DNA of 64,000 nucleotides from Blasia pusilla (lineage: Eukaryota). The DNA lies in NCBI GenBank assembly GCA_050084515.1, contig CM114271.1, forward strand, positions 49,476,001 to 49,540,000, read 5' to 3'. Below, piece after piece: positions 27,635 to 41,323 of the stretch. The notes beneath the pieces are model-generated. The model had not been told where the DNA came from and searched no databases. It saw only the letters and a list, made by a program, of their open reading frames with translations. Each line of letters starts with the position of its first letter. Position 1 is the stretch's first letter. The position numbers and the translations under genes were made by a program.

Positions 27635-28944
27635 TTACAAGCTCATGCTCTGTGGGATGGGCTTTTGCGTCCTGCGGCCTTGGGTCATCATATGAAGGTA
27701 ACGGTCCTGTAGCAGGTACAGAAAGCACATTATCGCAATTGAAATCGAGAAGGAGATATTCAAGGCTCTAATACTCGACTGGGTCACCAACTCATAAATC
27801 TGAATTCCAATGTAGATGTTGATCACTCCCAGAAATAAAGCTCCAGTGCCGAAACACCAGTGGATAGCGAACCAAAATGGTCGCAACTGTGCACCCCTGC
27901 GACACAACGAGTAAATGAGTTGTACGCTCTACACGAGATTGACGCTCTGAATATCATCCTCCTCATAACGCACAGACCTACTCACTTGTATCAAATATAT
28001 ACGAATATATACGACTCCTGTCTTATTGATGTTCGGTGGACTCCAAACTGAGAACTCTGGTTGCAGTATCTTTGATCTAGAGATGGATGCAGATTAATGA
28101 AATGAAAGTAAAGCAAAAGAAATGCAACTTTGTGATCCCTTAGAGCAATTTCAACAGACGTCCTGGAACGTAATGTCTGATCGATGCTTGGTACATACCG
28201 TGCCGGTCGGACCATACCCAGGAAGGGCTGCATCCATATCAATACGCAGATTGCGAGTCCTAGGCGCTGGTGGGTATAATCCAATGCAACCCCTGTTTTG
28301 ATCATCAAGACTGCAACTCCACCTGTGGCCAACCCAACTGCAAAGATCTGCAGGAATACCAAAGTAATTGAAACGTGAGCTTAATAAGCTGAGCATATAG
28401 TGTGTATGGCAGGGCAAAACTTCGTAAAAAAAAAATTTGACTGACAGCACTGATCCCTCGAAAGGTCTTTTGAAGGACCATACTTCTGAATCCCTACCTG
28501 CAAAATTATGTGAAGGTAGAACATCGCCCAAACTCGAGTAGTTGAGGGCTTCGAGTGCTCATCGCCCATGAACGGCTTGCTTGAACGGATAAGGAGGATA
28601 GCCAATGGCATCAGAAATCCCATGGACGCCCACATGAGCCAGCCATGGATCTTTATCCACTTCAAATCTCCCTGCATTATTCAAGATGGTCTGTATGCAG
28701 TTAGCACTTCACACTTACCAATATTCCCATAATTTCATATCTGCTCTCGAAATACATCCAACCATTTTCTACATCAGGAAGCTCAACCTGGCGGTCTTCA
28801 CAATAACTACAGCAGATTCAGATGTCGGCATCTGGGGTCAAAATTAGGGAAACTAGAAGGGAAAGGAACGAAGCTCACATTGTCATCGGCTGCTACTCCC
28901 TGAACGCCGATTAGCAGCAGTACGATGAGCGATAGTGCCGACAT
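27635..28944 (-). CDS. Cytochrome b561 domain-containing membrane protein (plant b561 type), 4 predicted exons: 28944-28879, 28671-28498, 28347-28199, 27896-27635
   Basis: The spliced frame with GT-AG junctions reads MSALSLIVLLLIGVQGVAADDN|GDLKWIKIHGWLMWASMGFLMPLAILLIR..FYLHIILQ|IFAVGLATGG..THQRLGL..QPFLGMVRPAR|GAQLRPFWFAIHWCFG..YLLQDR..SMSL*. It has four heme-ligand His residues and several TM helices. The 5' exon structure is less certain (possible extra micro-exon near 28790-28830). Confidence 0.88.
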
Positions 28945-31481
28945 AACTGAAGCCGATAACTAGCCTGCTGCTTGCAAGAGTTCCACACTATCACCCGCCA
29001 AGAACACAGAACCTGTCGCAAGACAGAGCTCCAGCTGAATCAACAGCTGTTTGTAAGAGTACTGGACTATCGCCCTGCAAGGACACAAGGACTTGTTGTC
29101 GCAAGATAGAGCTCCGGCGGAATCAACACTTCGGGAACCGAAAGACGAAACCTTCACTCAATGAAACTTGGCTGTGCACCCTACCAAGTAATTATACCCA
29201 TTCGGCCGCCGATGACTTGGATTGCGTTTCAGCTCAACTCCACTACACTCACCCGACTTCAACTCAAGCGTCAGCCAGATCGCAACGGCCCCAGAAAAAA
29301 ACTGCGGAAGCTTTGGAAAGCGGTCACCTTGATTTGTACGGGGCAGTTCCCATTGGTAGTCACCTCTACAAACGTGGCTCGTATTCTCCACCTGTGGTTC
29401 TTTCGAGCAGGCTCGACCTCATACTCGTTTGGCGCTGCACCATTTTCGCCCTTCTAGAACCCATCGATTGCGGCTGGGATTCCGCAAAATTATCCATATC
29501 AAAGGAGGAGTAACATACGACGAAGCTCATGACGGCGCACGAACACCGTCACCGCGACCGCGAAAAAGGAGGATGTGGTGAAATTTTGTGGTCAAAATAA
29601 ACGCTCGGAGCAGTCGTGCATGGAATGGGAAAGTCCGAGGCCCGGCCAACTATTCCTCGTTGTTAACTTGGATCCAATTATCCGGGCGATTCTATTTCTT
29701 TGCCGTCAGGAATCCGTGCACAGGGACTACTAACGACCTCCAGATTCCTCGCCCTATCACTGTTGAACACGTATAATGGAGCTGGATAAATTTGGGGCGG
29801 CTATGATAATAATAATCACGAGCACTGTGCCACTGGCTCACGGAATTTTTGGAGAAACTGAAGGAGATTTGAAAATGTTGTGAAGCGAGGCTCTGGTCCC
29901 GGATATTCCGCTTGGCAAGACATGGAGCGCAATGTTGGGGACAAGCCGCGGTGCTAATCTGTCTGTTTGCAGGGAATGGAGAAAACTACGAAAGACGGAG
30001 CCGCTCGCTAGGAATAGAGCGTAATAATAGAAGGACCCTCCTATTATTACGATTGGGATCATGGATTCATGGCTATTGCGAGAGGACACGAAGTACCAAA
30101 GTTCGAGAAACGAACCAACGTGAAGGTCCTGCGACGCAAGCGAACCGCACGATGAGTTGCGGAGGAAGGGAGCACAGAAACCTCCTCGGCATAAAAAAAA
30201 TGGAAGGCCTGTAAGGGGTGACCTCCGCCTCAAAAAGAAGGATTCAAGGAAGCATTCCTTTGGGAATCCAGCTCCTCATCGTGTTCCAACCAGGGATCCT
30301 AAAAAATGATTCAAAAATAATCTCTGAAATCTTGAACAATCCGATCCATGAATGTCCAAAAATGGACGTGTGGGCGCGAACACCGAGACGCGTCTCGACC
30401 CAATAGCCCCATCGTTACACGAAAACCCAGGTGCTTGAGTTGGAAGTTTTCTATGGAAAGTTCATGATCTTGAGGCATCAATCTGCGCCGTCGTATCTAC
30501 CTCTTTCGCCTACTCGTGAGTCGTGAAGCCTTCGTCTGCTGTGTCCTGCCTTTAGGAATCTAGAGACGGTAGCGAGGTTCAACTGAGTTGCCGCACGAGT
30601 TCACCTCAGTAAACGTAGTAGACCATGAGGCGGTGTCCCGCTGACCAGCCACTTCCGTTTGCGATCAAAGCACAGCGAAGTTATTATGCATTTTGAAGAG
30701 GAGTTCCAAATTAATTTCTGTCTGGAACCCAATTTAGAAAGAAAAATTAATCCAGAAACAGGCTTAATTGTGAGATTGTACAGTGCTGCACCATCCTCAG
30801 CCCTTAGTGACACGGTTCGGTCACCTTGAAAAGAGATTCCATTAAGAGGGAGGAAAACATCCAAGTCGCTTACCAACATCGGGAATGCAAGATTGTCCAT
30901 AAAACCAAGCAGGCCCTACTAAATCATACTAGCACTAATGACGCACGTTCAATTTTACATTAGGGATTCTTCCCTACCCTCCTCTCCCATCCCCTAGATA
31001 ATGTTTTGAGTTTCAGTTGTATGTCAATTTTTTCCATCCTAGTTCCTTGGATTGACGGAGCACGCTATTAGCCTTGATGCTAAGATCGTGGACGATATTC
31101 CCAAATCTATATTAGCCTTTATATCCAAGGAGTTGGGTCATACCGGCACCCCTTCTTTGTTCTAGATTTATGATTAGGAATAGATCATTTCTTCTACGGC
31201 ACGTGTTCCAGGTTGGGGATGACACATTCTTACTATATTCTTCCCTTAGAGCATGTAGAGATTCCTTTCTAGGTGAGGCTAGAGCCGTTCTCCCTACTTT
31301 CTCCTCCTTGGTTACCTCCGGTCAGTTTGGGTTCCAATCTTCTTTGATGGGAGCCCACTTTGAGACAGTTTTTAGAGTCATTATGTCATGCGGAATATTC
31401 CCATAAAGGTTCGGACCCGTCTTCGCTCTTGCTCCAAAAAGGGGGTAGCTCATGGGTAGGAGCTCATCCCCTCATCTTGGC

Positions 31482-31625
31482 CAAGGTTGCACGGAAACAG
31501 ACAAGACGGACATGCCGCCTAGATACTTGCGGCCCGCATCCAAGCCCATGCGGGCTTGGCCGTTGGCCACAAAATTGGTGCGGGCTCGGCCAGCTTGGGT
31601 GCTCGCTACGTGCTCGAGGGACTCC
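31482..31625. mobile_element. hAT-like MITE left-end fragment
   Basis: Begins caaggttgca (same TIR as 7734), followed by ggacatg and GC-rich gcggcccgca/gcgggct motifs shared with 23825-23952 and 42673-43030. Confidence 0.5.
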
Positions 31626-31955
31626 AGGGTCGGGCTCACATGCAGGCCGTGGGTATGTACCCGAGCTACCACTTGCTACAACGAGCGGCAACGGCGATGA
31701 AGAAGACCCATCTCTATAGTCAATTTCACAATGAACATTGTCGTGCGCATACATATCGCTACACAACATACATCGCTTGTCACATCTACACCACACAACA
31801 CCGATCTTCCCCACACACGGGTCGATCCACACATGTACAAAAATGAACTCATACATATACATGGAGATCACACAACCGCCCCCCTAGCTGGCAGTTGGAT
31901 CCTCCTAACTCCAGATAGAAAATATCACATCTCTTTGACATGACCTACTACCCTA

Positions 31956-32093
31956 TACACATCTCGGACACATCCATCGTCCCGTGGGAACCACATCAAG
32001 GGGGGGGGTCAGACATGACATATGCCACCCTCGAGAACAACCATCACATACCAACATGGTGGCTGCACCCCTTGCAGATCCGCACAACATACA
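31956..32093 (-). other. PHD finger (C4-H-C3) at the integrase C-terminus of E2
   Basis: CMLCGSARGAATMLVCDGCSRGWHMSCLTPPLDVVPTGRWMCPRC directly before the stop codon. Confidence 0.93.
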
Positions 32094-35000
32094 CCTCAAG
32101 CCTGCAGGTACCACTGCCAAGCTTGGATCCACCGTCCCATCTACGTTCGGAAGATGACATGGCGCACAATTGCGCACATGATCCTTCCAAACCATACCAT
32201 CTCGTCCCTCCAACATGAGGACTCCGGTCGGTAATACCTGGCGCACACGTAGGATCGTGCGCCCTGCAGTGACATCTAGCGTCGTGGGTGCCGCCTACTG
32301 TAAATACACGTAATCTCCAGGATGAAACCTCCTAATCCCTGGACGATAACCTCCTCCACGAATGGTCGCGTACCTCAATGTATCTCTATGCTGGGCAATA
32401 GCTAAGTTCTCAAAGGCCATAGGCATAACTCTACGAAAAACTTCTGCCCTCTGAGAACATGCTTGCACCCACACATGTGGATCATCAAGATCTAACACCT
32501 CCGCCATGTCACGTCGAATCGCTGCAGGTAAATCTGGCTCTCTCCCAAAGAGCAAAAAGTATGGTGAAAATGACGCCAAGGATGCCTGCCGACTAAAGCG
32601 ATAACCCATAGCCAACCATGGCAATCGAGGTCCCACTCCCTCAACTGTCCTCGCTGCAAGCCATACTTGCGCAATCCTCTCTTCACCGTCTGTACCACTC
32701 TCTCCGCCAATCCATCCGCCTCAGGATGATCCCTGGACGTGGTGCGGTGATCTATCAGCGCCTGATCACACAAGGCCTGAAACTCTTCCCTGAACTCGAT
32801 ACCCTGGTCAGTCAACACCTCCGCCGGTGCACCAAAGTGACTAAGCACCCGATCTAGAAACGCATAAGCTGTTCCCTCGCTCGCCTTGTCTGGTAGTGCC
32901 ACCAACTCTATCCACTTGGAGAAATGCTCCACCATGACCAACACGTACCTATGATGACGCATACCATCAATGGCAAAGGTCCCCATAAAGTCTAAACTCC
33001 ACCGATAACCTAAACCCATAATCGGCAAAGGATGTAAGCTGCGAGTGGGAGCATTGAAGGATGCTCGCACTCTGTCACATACCATACATCGGCCACAATC
33101 GCTGCTGTGCCTCAAAGTATGCATGCCGCGCCACCAATATCTGAACCTGGAGTAAGGTCGTAAATGCACGCTTTACTCCGAAATGTCCCAACTCCTCATG
33201 GGCATGTCGCACTACACGTGCTTTCATTTGGGAAGGATGAGGTACCACTCGTATCCTACCATCTCCCCATACACGCAAAATGTGAGTCCCCTCCCACCTG
33301 AACCTCTTGGCTCTCTGTAGGATCCGATCCCGCTCCCTAGCACTCACTGTGCTCGCTATGACGCCAGTGCGCAAGAACTCCACAACCTCCACGTCGTCAT
33401 GGATATCACGACCACATGTCGCCTCCTCACTGACCTCCGGATCCAAAGACTCATCATCCAACCCCACCACTGGAGTCATCACCTGTGGCTGACCTACCAT
33501 AGTCAACCAACAAAGATAGGCAGATGCATGCCAACCGGGCACCATCTCCTCATCACTCTCTCCGTGCCATCGAGCTCCCGTGACGTCTCTCTGACTCGGA
33601 CATGGGTTACGACTCAACCCATCGGCATCCTGGTTTAGCCGACCTGGCCTATGAACCACCTCAAACTCATACTCCTGTAGTAATAGAGCCCACCGGCAAG
33701 CTTTCCGTAAGCTTGTCGGACTCCATCAACCACCTCAACGGCTGATGATCAGTGATAAGTGTGAAAGGGTTGCCGAATAAATAGCACCTAAAATGTGCCA
33801 CGGCCCACACTGCAGCCAAGCACTCTCCCTCATAGGAGCTGTACTTTGCCTCTGCAATTTTGTTCGATCGACTCGCGTAAGCCACAACGAACTCCCTCTC
33901 CTCGTCATCCCTCTGAGTAAGCACTGCTCCTAGACCCAACATGCTCCAATCCGTATGTAACTAGAATGGGCGACCCCTAACCGGTCTCTGTAAAATGGGT
34001 GAGGACGTCAACCTGTCCTTGAGCTCCTGAAATGCTCGCTCCTGATCATCTCCCCACAACCACACCTGATCAAGTCTCGTCAACAAGGTCAAAGACTTTG
34101 CGATCGCACTAAAACCCTTGACATACCATCGATAGAAGTTTGCCAGTCCAAGAAATGCTCGGACTCGACTCACATCTGTAGGGCGTGGAATCTGCGCAAT
34201 AGCCTCTACCTTCGTCTGCTGAACGCCTAACCCACTCGGGTATATGGTGTGTCCCAAGTACTCAATCTGCTCCTGAAAGAATCTGCACTTGCCTGGATGT
34301 AACTTCAGTCCATGTAGCGCAATCGCCGAAACACCTCCTCAAGTGTCGCTCATGCTCCTCAACCGTGGAATCAAGATAAGAATATCATCTATGTAACATT
34401 GTACAAAATCCAAGCCAGCCAGAATCCTATCCATCACTCTGAAACTCCGCAGCGTAGCGTTCTTCAACCCAAATGGTAAGAACCGCCATCGATACAAACA
34501 ATCTCTCCCGAACCGATCTATCCCCAGAATCTTTGTCTTCTCCTGTCCTCCAACTTTGATAGGAAGGCGATGATAGCCAAAGACGGAGATCTAACGTCAT
34601 TGAAGATCTTTGCATGCCCTACGCATCAAAGATCTCTCGAAGTAGGCATGGCATACCGATCGACCTCGTCATCGGTTGATAGACGGTAATCTCCACACAT
34701 CCGCCTATCCGTCCAATTGCCATACATATCCTTCTTCGCCGGCATGACATGGTGGCGGATGGATACTCCCCATGTGATAACTCCACAAGTCCCGCCTCCA
34801 ACAAGTCGACTCTGCTCTAAATCAAGGCTCGCTCCATATCAGAATACTGCAGGTCGACAAAAGATTGGCGTATCACTAGCCAACTCAATCCGTATCCCGG
34901 GACCCTTCAGCGTACCCAAGTCTCTCTCATATGAAGGCAAAACAAGTGACATGCCCTCGCGAGAAACCTATGAACTCGCCGTCGCTCTCCTCCTATCAAC

Positions 35001-35334
35001 TTGAGACCTATCACAGGCTCCCAAGTCTCCATCGTGACCTCACTCGGAGAGGGGCGCAACCTCCGGCTTTGGTTGCTACGTAGCAACCCTAGCCACCTCC
35101 AATGACCACTCCACTCTGACCTCCTACACCATGCTCCACATCCGAAAAATGAACATGTGCTACTCTAGCCGCCTTCGCACTCTCTGCTCGAACGCGCCCG
35201 GGAAGTCCATGGGTGCCTATCTCTCCTCGTCTCGCCCTGACCAATGCAGACTGAGACCACTGTGAGGCGTGGTCCAACTCGTGGACGTGACGGTATGGAT
35301 GACACTCGCATCCGTCTATGCTCAGCCCTACCTA

Positions 35335-36270
35335 GGCTGACTATCCATGTGAGACAGTTGAGGTCCATCGCCTGCCCCAACACCTGTCTCCGTGATGCCT
35401 CAGTCATCCCTGGCACCGCCGTAGTACCGGTAGTGAACCCCATGGCGCGCTCGCGCTCATCTGCTGTAGGCTCCTCCAATACTCCGGTCACCTCATCCCA
35501 AATCATACCTGGCCATACCTGACGAAAGGCATGGGATGCTGGGAAGCTCACCAACGTAGGTAAGGCTGCCCTCAACTCCCCCATCCTATTGGCCGTGGCC
35601 AATGGTGGTCTATCATCGCATGTCACCACCTGAGATTGACGCCCTGAGTCCAAAATAGCATCCACCGTGAGATGTGGTGCTCTCTGGACTCCACTGTAGG
35701 CTCGACTCAGTACCTCTCATGGTATCAGGTTCGTCCACCATAGTCGTGGACGATGGGCACGTGACCCAACTCTCGCTGCATCTAACAACACAGCCGGTCC
35801 CAACCAAGACCTCACCTGATGTACACTCGTCATCACACGTGCACGAGTATCTCCCAACAACGGCACGTTCTCCAAAATGTACGCTGGAGAACATATCTGA
35901 CTCTGCTGCAAGTGTCGTACTACTCGCAGCATCTCCCAAAACATCCCGACCTCGGATCCTGCAATCCAAATCCTCGGCCAGCTGACATGGCCATCCAGCA
36001 ATCACCAAATGAATGGTGCCAACTCTATCCAGATCATGCGCCCCCACCAACGATATGTCGGCGGGTAGCGTATGCTGGTATCCCCGTACTGCAGATACCG
36101 ACAACAACTCAGAATACCTGTGGACCAATCTCGCCACATGACGTAATGATACTCGCCGCGCGGTCTCATCTCTCTCCACATAAAGGTATTGGTGCACCCG
36201 TATGCCCGCCTGCAATACTGCAGCCAATCCGGTGCTAATCCCTCCAAAGAGATCTAACACCCTAACACCC
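35335..36270 (-). pseudogene. DNMT3-like methyltransferase domain of E2
   Basis: VRVLDLFGGISTG, YVERD, LVIAGWPCQ, YILENVP, AHRPRLWWTNL, ERERAMGF, RRQVLGQAMD. Confidence 0.92.
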
Positions 36271-39200
36271 TCCCCTGGGCATTGCCACACAACAAGTGTG
36301 GTATCTAGTGGGGTCATCGTCTCCACTCCAAGAGCCCGATCGCCACGTGACTCTCGCTGCTCTGGGATAAAAACATGACTCCACGCCGCCTCACGAGGTC
36401 GTCGGCACTCCTCTCCAGCTCTCAGTCGTACCCCATAATGGTGAAGAGGCATCGCTAACATGGGAAGAGACACCCGCCATGGCTGTCTCTCCGTGGGACT
36501 ATCCGCTCATTGGGACATCCTCCGCATGTGCGTTCCCCTCCAACAACTCTCTGGCCGGCTAACACTACTGTGAAAGCCGCCAACGTGTCCTGCACTCGCC
36601 TCGTGATCGACCATCTCGTCCGCCCCGCAAATCGCGGTAATCGACTCATCCGACCGTCACCGACCGCCATCTGGCCGATAAGCAACGGTCTCCTCCCAGA
36701 AGTCAGGATGAATCCTAGGGGATATAACACTTTGTACTCCCCACCAACACATCGTAAGACTCGGTGGAGTCGTAATCGCACGTGCGTACCATAGCACTAT
36801 CCGTCGATGCTCTGGCTGGACTCTAACAACAATCTCTGTCGAGTCATATCTTGAGTGGGTGATCGCCCCAATCGAGGTCTCAGATCTGGAAGGGACAAGG
36901 CTCAATGTCGGCCTTCCGTAACCCCGACGCTAAACACGCCGCCTTCCCTAACATCAAGGGTTGCGCTCCCGAATCAAGTAGGGCGCGCTGCGGGTGGTAT
37001 ACCGTCCCCGTCGGACTAACCAAGCGAAATACTCACTCGGTTATCCAAGTATCACTACTCAGGTGTCACCATCGCTCGCTCTATGGCGGTCGGTGGCATA
37101 TCTACCAACCGCGCCGCCGCGATGCCATGACTCGTGGGGAACGCCCCGAGCACCGGCTCTGAGGGCAAGTCCACCACCTCCTCAACTACCTCTCAACAAG
37201 AAGCAGTCATCTCTCCACGCTCACACAACGTGGCGGCCAACCGGAACACCTCAGCTGGTCCAACTCCCAACGTCGCCAACTCTATGGCGGAAAATAACGG
37301 AGTTTGGCTCACTCTAGTGGCCACCTCCAACACTATAGTCGACACTGACTCCACTTGAGCCGGCATAGGAGTTGTCACTCCAACTCCTCGTGACGTCGAC
37401 GTAGGTGCCTGAACGGTAGGCACCGCTGGTCGTCGAGGCACCATCGATGGTGTGTGTAGTGCCTCTGATAATGTGAACGACTGTGGAACCCTGGCCTGCC
37501 GCCCCTCGGTCCCCTCTGGTGGGTCAATCTCAACTCCACCTCTCGATGGCTCGGTGCCTCTCGCAGCACCCCGAGTCACCACTGCAGCTGCCTCAACCTG
37601 GGCTGCACTACACATGAATCCCATATTGGAGAGATCCTCACCCGGGTCAGGGTAAGAGGTAGAGACTGGAGTCACACTAGCTGCTCGCAGCTCTGTGCCT
37701 TCCCTAAGCTGCATCATCGTCATGGCAGCAATCCTCTGCTCCAACTGATCGATGCGTGAGAGAAGCGCCGGCTCTGGTGCTCCTGCTCCATCTCCTCTGG
37801 CTGGTGGTGGTCCTCTACCACCACGTCTAGGAAGAACTCCCCGACCTCCTCCAGGACGACCGCCCCCAGGCCCTCGGCCTACCTCTGGACGTGCCCCTCG
37901 GCAAAGGTCAAAACATCTATCCCTAGTGTGACCATATATGTGGCAATGGTCACACTGGTGCTGTGGTGGGGCCATCCTCTGTGGCTCCTGCGCAATCAGA
38001 GGCGCTGGTGGTCCTCTCCCATGCTGTGGGCAATCTCTCTGCCTATGGGCCCCTCCACACGTCCAACAAGACCACATCGGTCCCTGTTGGGCAACATATG
38101 TAGATGCGGGTCGTTGCCTCATAGGCTCACGGTACCCGCCCTGCTCTCTAGGCACACTGGCCCACTCCCGTGGTACTGGTGCCCGCTGTGGCACCGGTGG
38201 GGTCACCGCCGCTCGTGGACCCGTCGACTCTTGAGAAAATCCAGCGGTCACTACCTGCTCCTCACTCATGTTGAGCTCAATACGCTCAGACAACTCAAAG
38301 ACCACCTTCAATGTGGGCTTCGCTGTGTGAATCAGCACCGCATCTCGGACTCTCCTCCGTAGTTCTCGGTCCGAACCCGTACCAATCTTTGGACTGGATG
38401 CGCCTCGATCCTCCAAACGTAGCAATGATCAGCCTCCTCATGCGTGTGAATGCCTCTCTCGGACTCTCACCCGATCGTCGCTGAAAATCAGTAGACTCTT
38501 GACTTGTCGGTGCAGACGCCTGGTAGCTCTTCCCCAACTGTCGGAAGAACTCCACTGTGGGGATGAAGCTGGGTGGCCCTCTACCACCAGAGGTCTCTGC
38601 CACATTGCCTGTGTCACTATCCTCCTCTCCATCTAGTCTCCGGGCTGATGGTGTGGGTCTCTCTCCTCTCACAATCCCATCATATGCCTCGCGACCACTA
38701 GTGGACACATACCTTGTAGCCCAATACATCCCTCCAGGCATCGATCTCTACTGAATATAGTGATCAAAACTCCATGTAGTCATCCATCGGAGGACCCTCC
38801 AAGTGTTGGAACAACCCCTTCCATGCCATGAAAGGGTTGAACCGTGTCGGGGTCCGTATCTCCTAGAAGTCGCACCATGTATCGAACTCCTGGATGAAAT
38901 CATCTAAGTCGATGGTGCCCACTGCACCCGAGAAACGACGCATGCCCCGATGGCCCATGTCGTCCATCTCCTGCCAAGTACTACTATCTCTGTCTGCGAT
39001 CTCGTCACCAGACCCAGTGTCTAGTGATGACGATCCAGTCACGGATGGATGTCGAGGTAGCTCCTCACTTGTAACCCCTCGATATCTCACTCCACTCCGT
39101 GTCACACCACTACCACTGCTCGCACTACCCCGTTCTTCGGAACCCTGGAAGAACACCGTGATGACAAACCCTCTCTCACCTGCTCATGCACTCAGACTCA

Positions 39201-41170
39201 CCGAGAGTCTCCCACACGCCTCACTAGCTCACCTATGCGAACATCAATCCCGTGATGACACACCCGGCCTCACGCACGCTCAACACTCGGCCTTACCATG
39301 AGCCTCCCAACTGACTCACCTAACCTAGCGACACTCTCTCGGTTCATACACGCGACCCCTACTCGGCAACCGCCGTATATCCACCAACATGCTACACATG
39401 ACAAGAATCTACACTCGTCACCATCATTGCACCCATCTAGCACCAGCTAATACCCGATACCCAGCACTCTCAATCACACACGACAAGTGCGGGAAAAGGG
39501 ACTCGAATGGGTAACCTGATCACACCCTCCAACCAGCTGCACCGTCAATATGCACTCCTCCACATGATATGACAATCTCCGCCACATAACACTCCCCTCG
39601 ACCAACACGTCGATCCTCCCGTCAATAGATGCGGACAACCCGTCGGCATCATGCACACTGCCCCTCCAACGTAAACTCTCGCAACGCCCTATGCGCGCCT
39701 CAAAACAACATGTCACGCCTGCTGCCCAACTTGTCGATCACTCAGCACGTCGACATCCTCCCTGCCCTCACGTTGCCCATGCGCACCGCGTTCGCCGGAC
39801 CGACCTCGTCCGTCCTACCACGTTCGCTCGATTGTCGGCCGCCCGTCGGTGCTACCACGCCGGAAAGAGGGGGAAGAACTTGGGCCCGCGGCCCTATCGC
39901 CCCCTTGGGCCCTAAATGCGCGGGGGCGGCTCGCGCCCTGGGGCCCTAAATGCAAAGGGGAAGGCCCGCCCACGGCCCTATGCGGGCCTTAAGCGCAGGG
40001 GAGGGGGCGCTGTCGCGTGTTTTGCGGTCCGCCCAGCCGCTCCGCCACGCGCCCGCCACGCGCTTGCCGCCGTCCGCCCGCGCCCGCCCCGTCCACCGTC
40101 CGCGCCCTGCCGTCCGCCGTCCGCCGTCCGTGCCCTAACTCTAGCCGCCTTTACTTGACAGCCCCCCGGCGGCTGCAAGACCCAACTTGCCCATTCCTTC
40201 TCTTTCGACGCCTTCACTTGCGTACACCCGACGCCCCACCACACGCTACACTTTTGCTTTGTCCCCAACAATCTGCACCAGCAAAATCTGAGAAAAACGG
40301 ACAGCGCTTCCGCCCACGGCCTTCCAAACATGAAAATGACACAAAATGACACACACACATCTCCAGGGGCTCCCCAACCGAGGCAACTCGCTTGCCTACC
40401 TGCAAACAACAAATTCCCACCAGCCCCCTGACATCTTTCTCATGTAAAAATAAAGAGTAGCAAAAACGGCACACCCGGCCTAAAACTCCACTCCTCAATC
40501 TACATCGGCATATCGAGCCTCGTCCACCTTGTGCTATCAAGGAATCTGGACGCTAGCACCCTAGTCCTAGCTCACACACATACAAGGGAGGTGCTCCAAC
40601 GGCCCAACATGAGAAAGATGGCTTAGGAAAGCCATCTTCCTCTCTTATATAGGTTGGGAAGAGCCACAAGGCTCAAACCCCAAAAATAGCCCTTCCCTTG
40701 GTAACCTGCGCGCACAGGTTACCAGGGGCAGGTGACCTGGTCAACAAGTCACCCGGTTGTAAAAGACCTCAACATGAAAGTCGTCAAAAATGACGTTCCT
40801 GACACAATGGACCTATCCTCAACCTCATCCGACATTGTGGGACAAAGTTACACTCAAGATAGTCCGCTGGCTCCTACGCCCTATCCACGATAGATCTCGG
40901 CCTATCGGCTACTCATATGTGACAACATCGATTTGTCCCAGCCCCTAGCCATAGAGATGTATGGGGCTATGGGGAAGAGGTTTGAATCGTTCCTTACATA
41001 TTACACCCATCATCGATCTCCAATCGTGAACTGGGCTATCATTAGCTACTACGATTCTCTACTATAGACAACGAGTCTCTACATCTTTGCAATGTGCCCA
41101 AGCCGGTAGGATTTTGTGGAAGACGCCAACATTAGGGGCCCGCTTAGTCATAGTCATATCTCTCTAGCTA

Positions 41171-41278
41171 GGCCTCCTATTTGTTAAACTCACCTATAGT
41201 AGAGACACTATCAACAACACCTAGATATTGTTGAAAGTGTTCCTATTTTTGGTGAGTTTAGCTGATAGGGGGATGCCC
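41171..41278. repeat. ~108-bp imperfect hairpin (foldback)
   Basis: Left arm cctatttgttaaactcacctatagtagagacactatcaacaa pairs with right arm ttgttgaaagtgttcctatttttggtgagtttagctgatagg around a ~10-nt loop. Confidence 0.75.
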
Positions 41279-41323
41279 CCTTTTCTTTTCTTGGGCTGGT
41301 TGTGGCCTTCACATACTTTACTC

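Larger units (their letters stand above)
31953..39165 (-). pseudogene. E2 gag-pol polyprotein (Gag-PR-DNMT-RT-RH-IN-PHD), frameshifted
   Basis: ORFs 38863-39156 (RRFSGAVGTIDLDDF), 37193-38425 (CWTCGGAHRQRDC, CDHCHIYGHTRDRC, RGG tract), protease LLDSGAQP ~36960-36983, 35613-36473/35717-36001/35165-35665 (DNMT), RT/RH fragments 33667-34804, integrase 32295-33659, PHD 31953-32246. Confidence 0.92.
31739..40924 (-). mobile_element. E2: second subfamily of the DNMT3/PHD gypsy element, form L-internal-S (single permuted LTR)
   Basis: Minus-strand ends TGTCACA...CGCACGACA with a perfect TSD acat/acat. L 40446-40924, PBS 40432-40445, PPT 31878-31886, S 31739-31877. Same domain order as E1. Confidence 0.93.
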
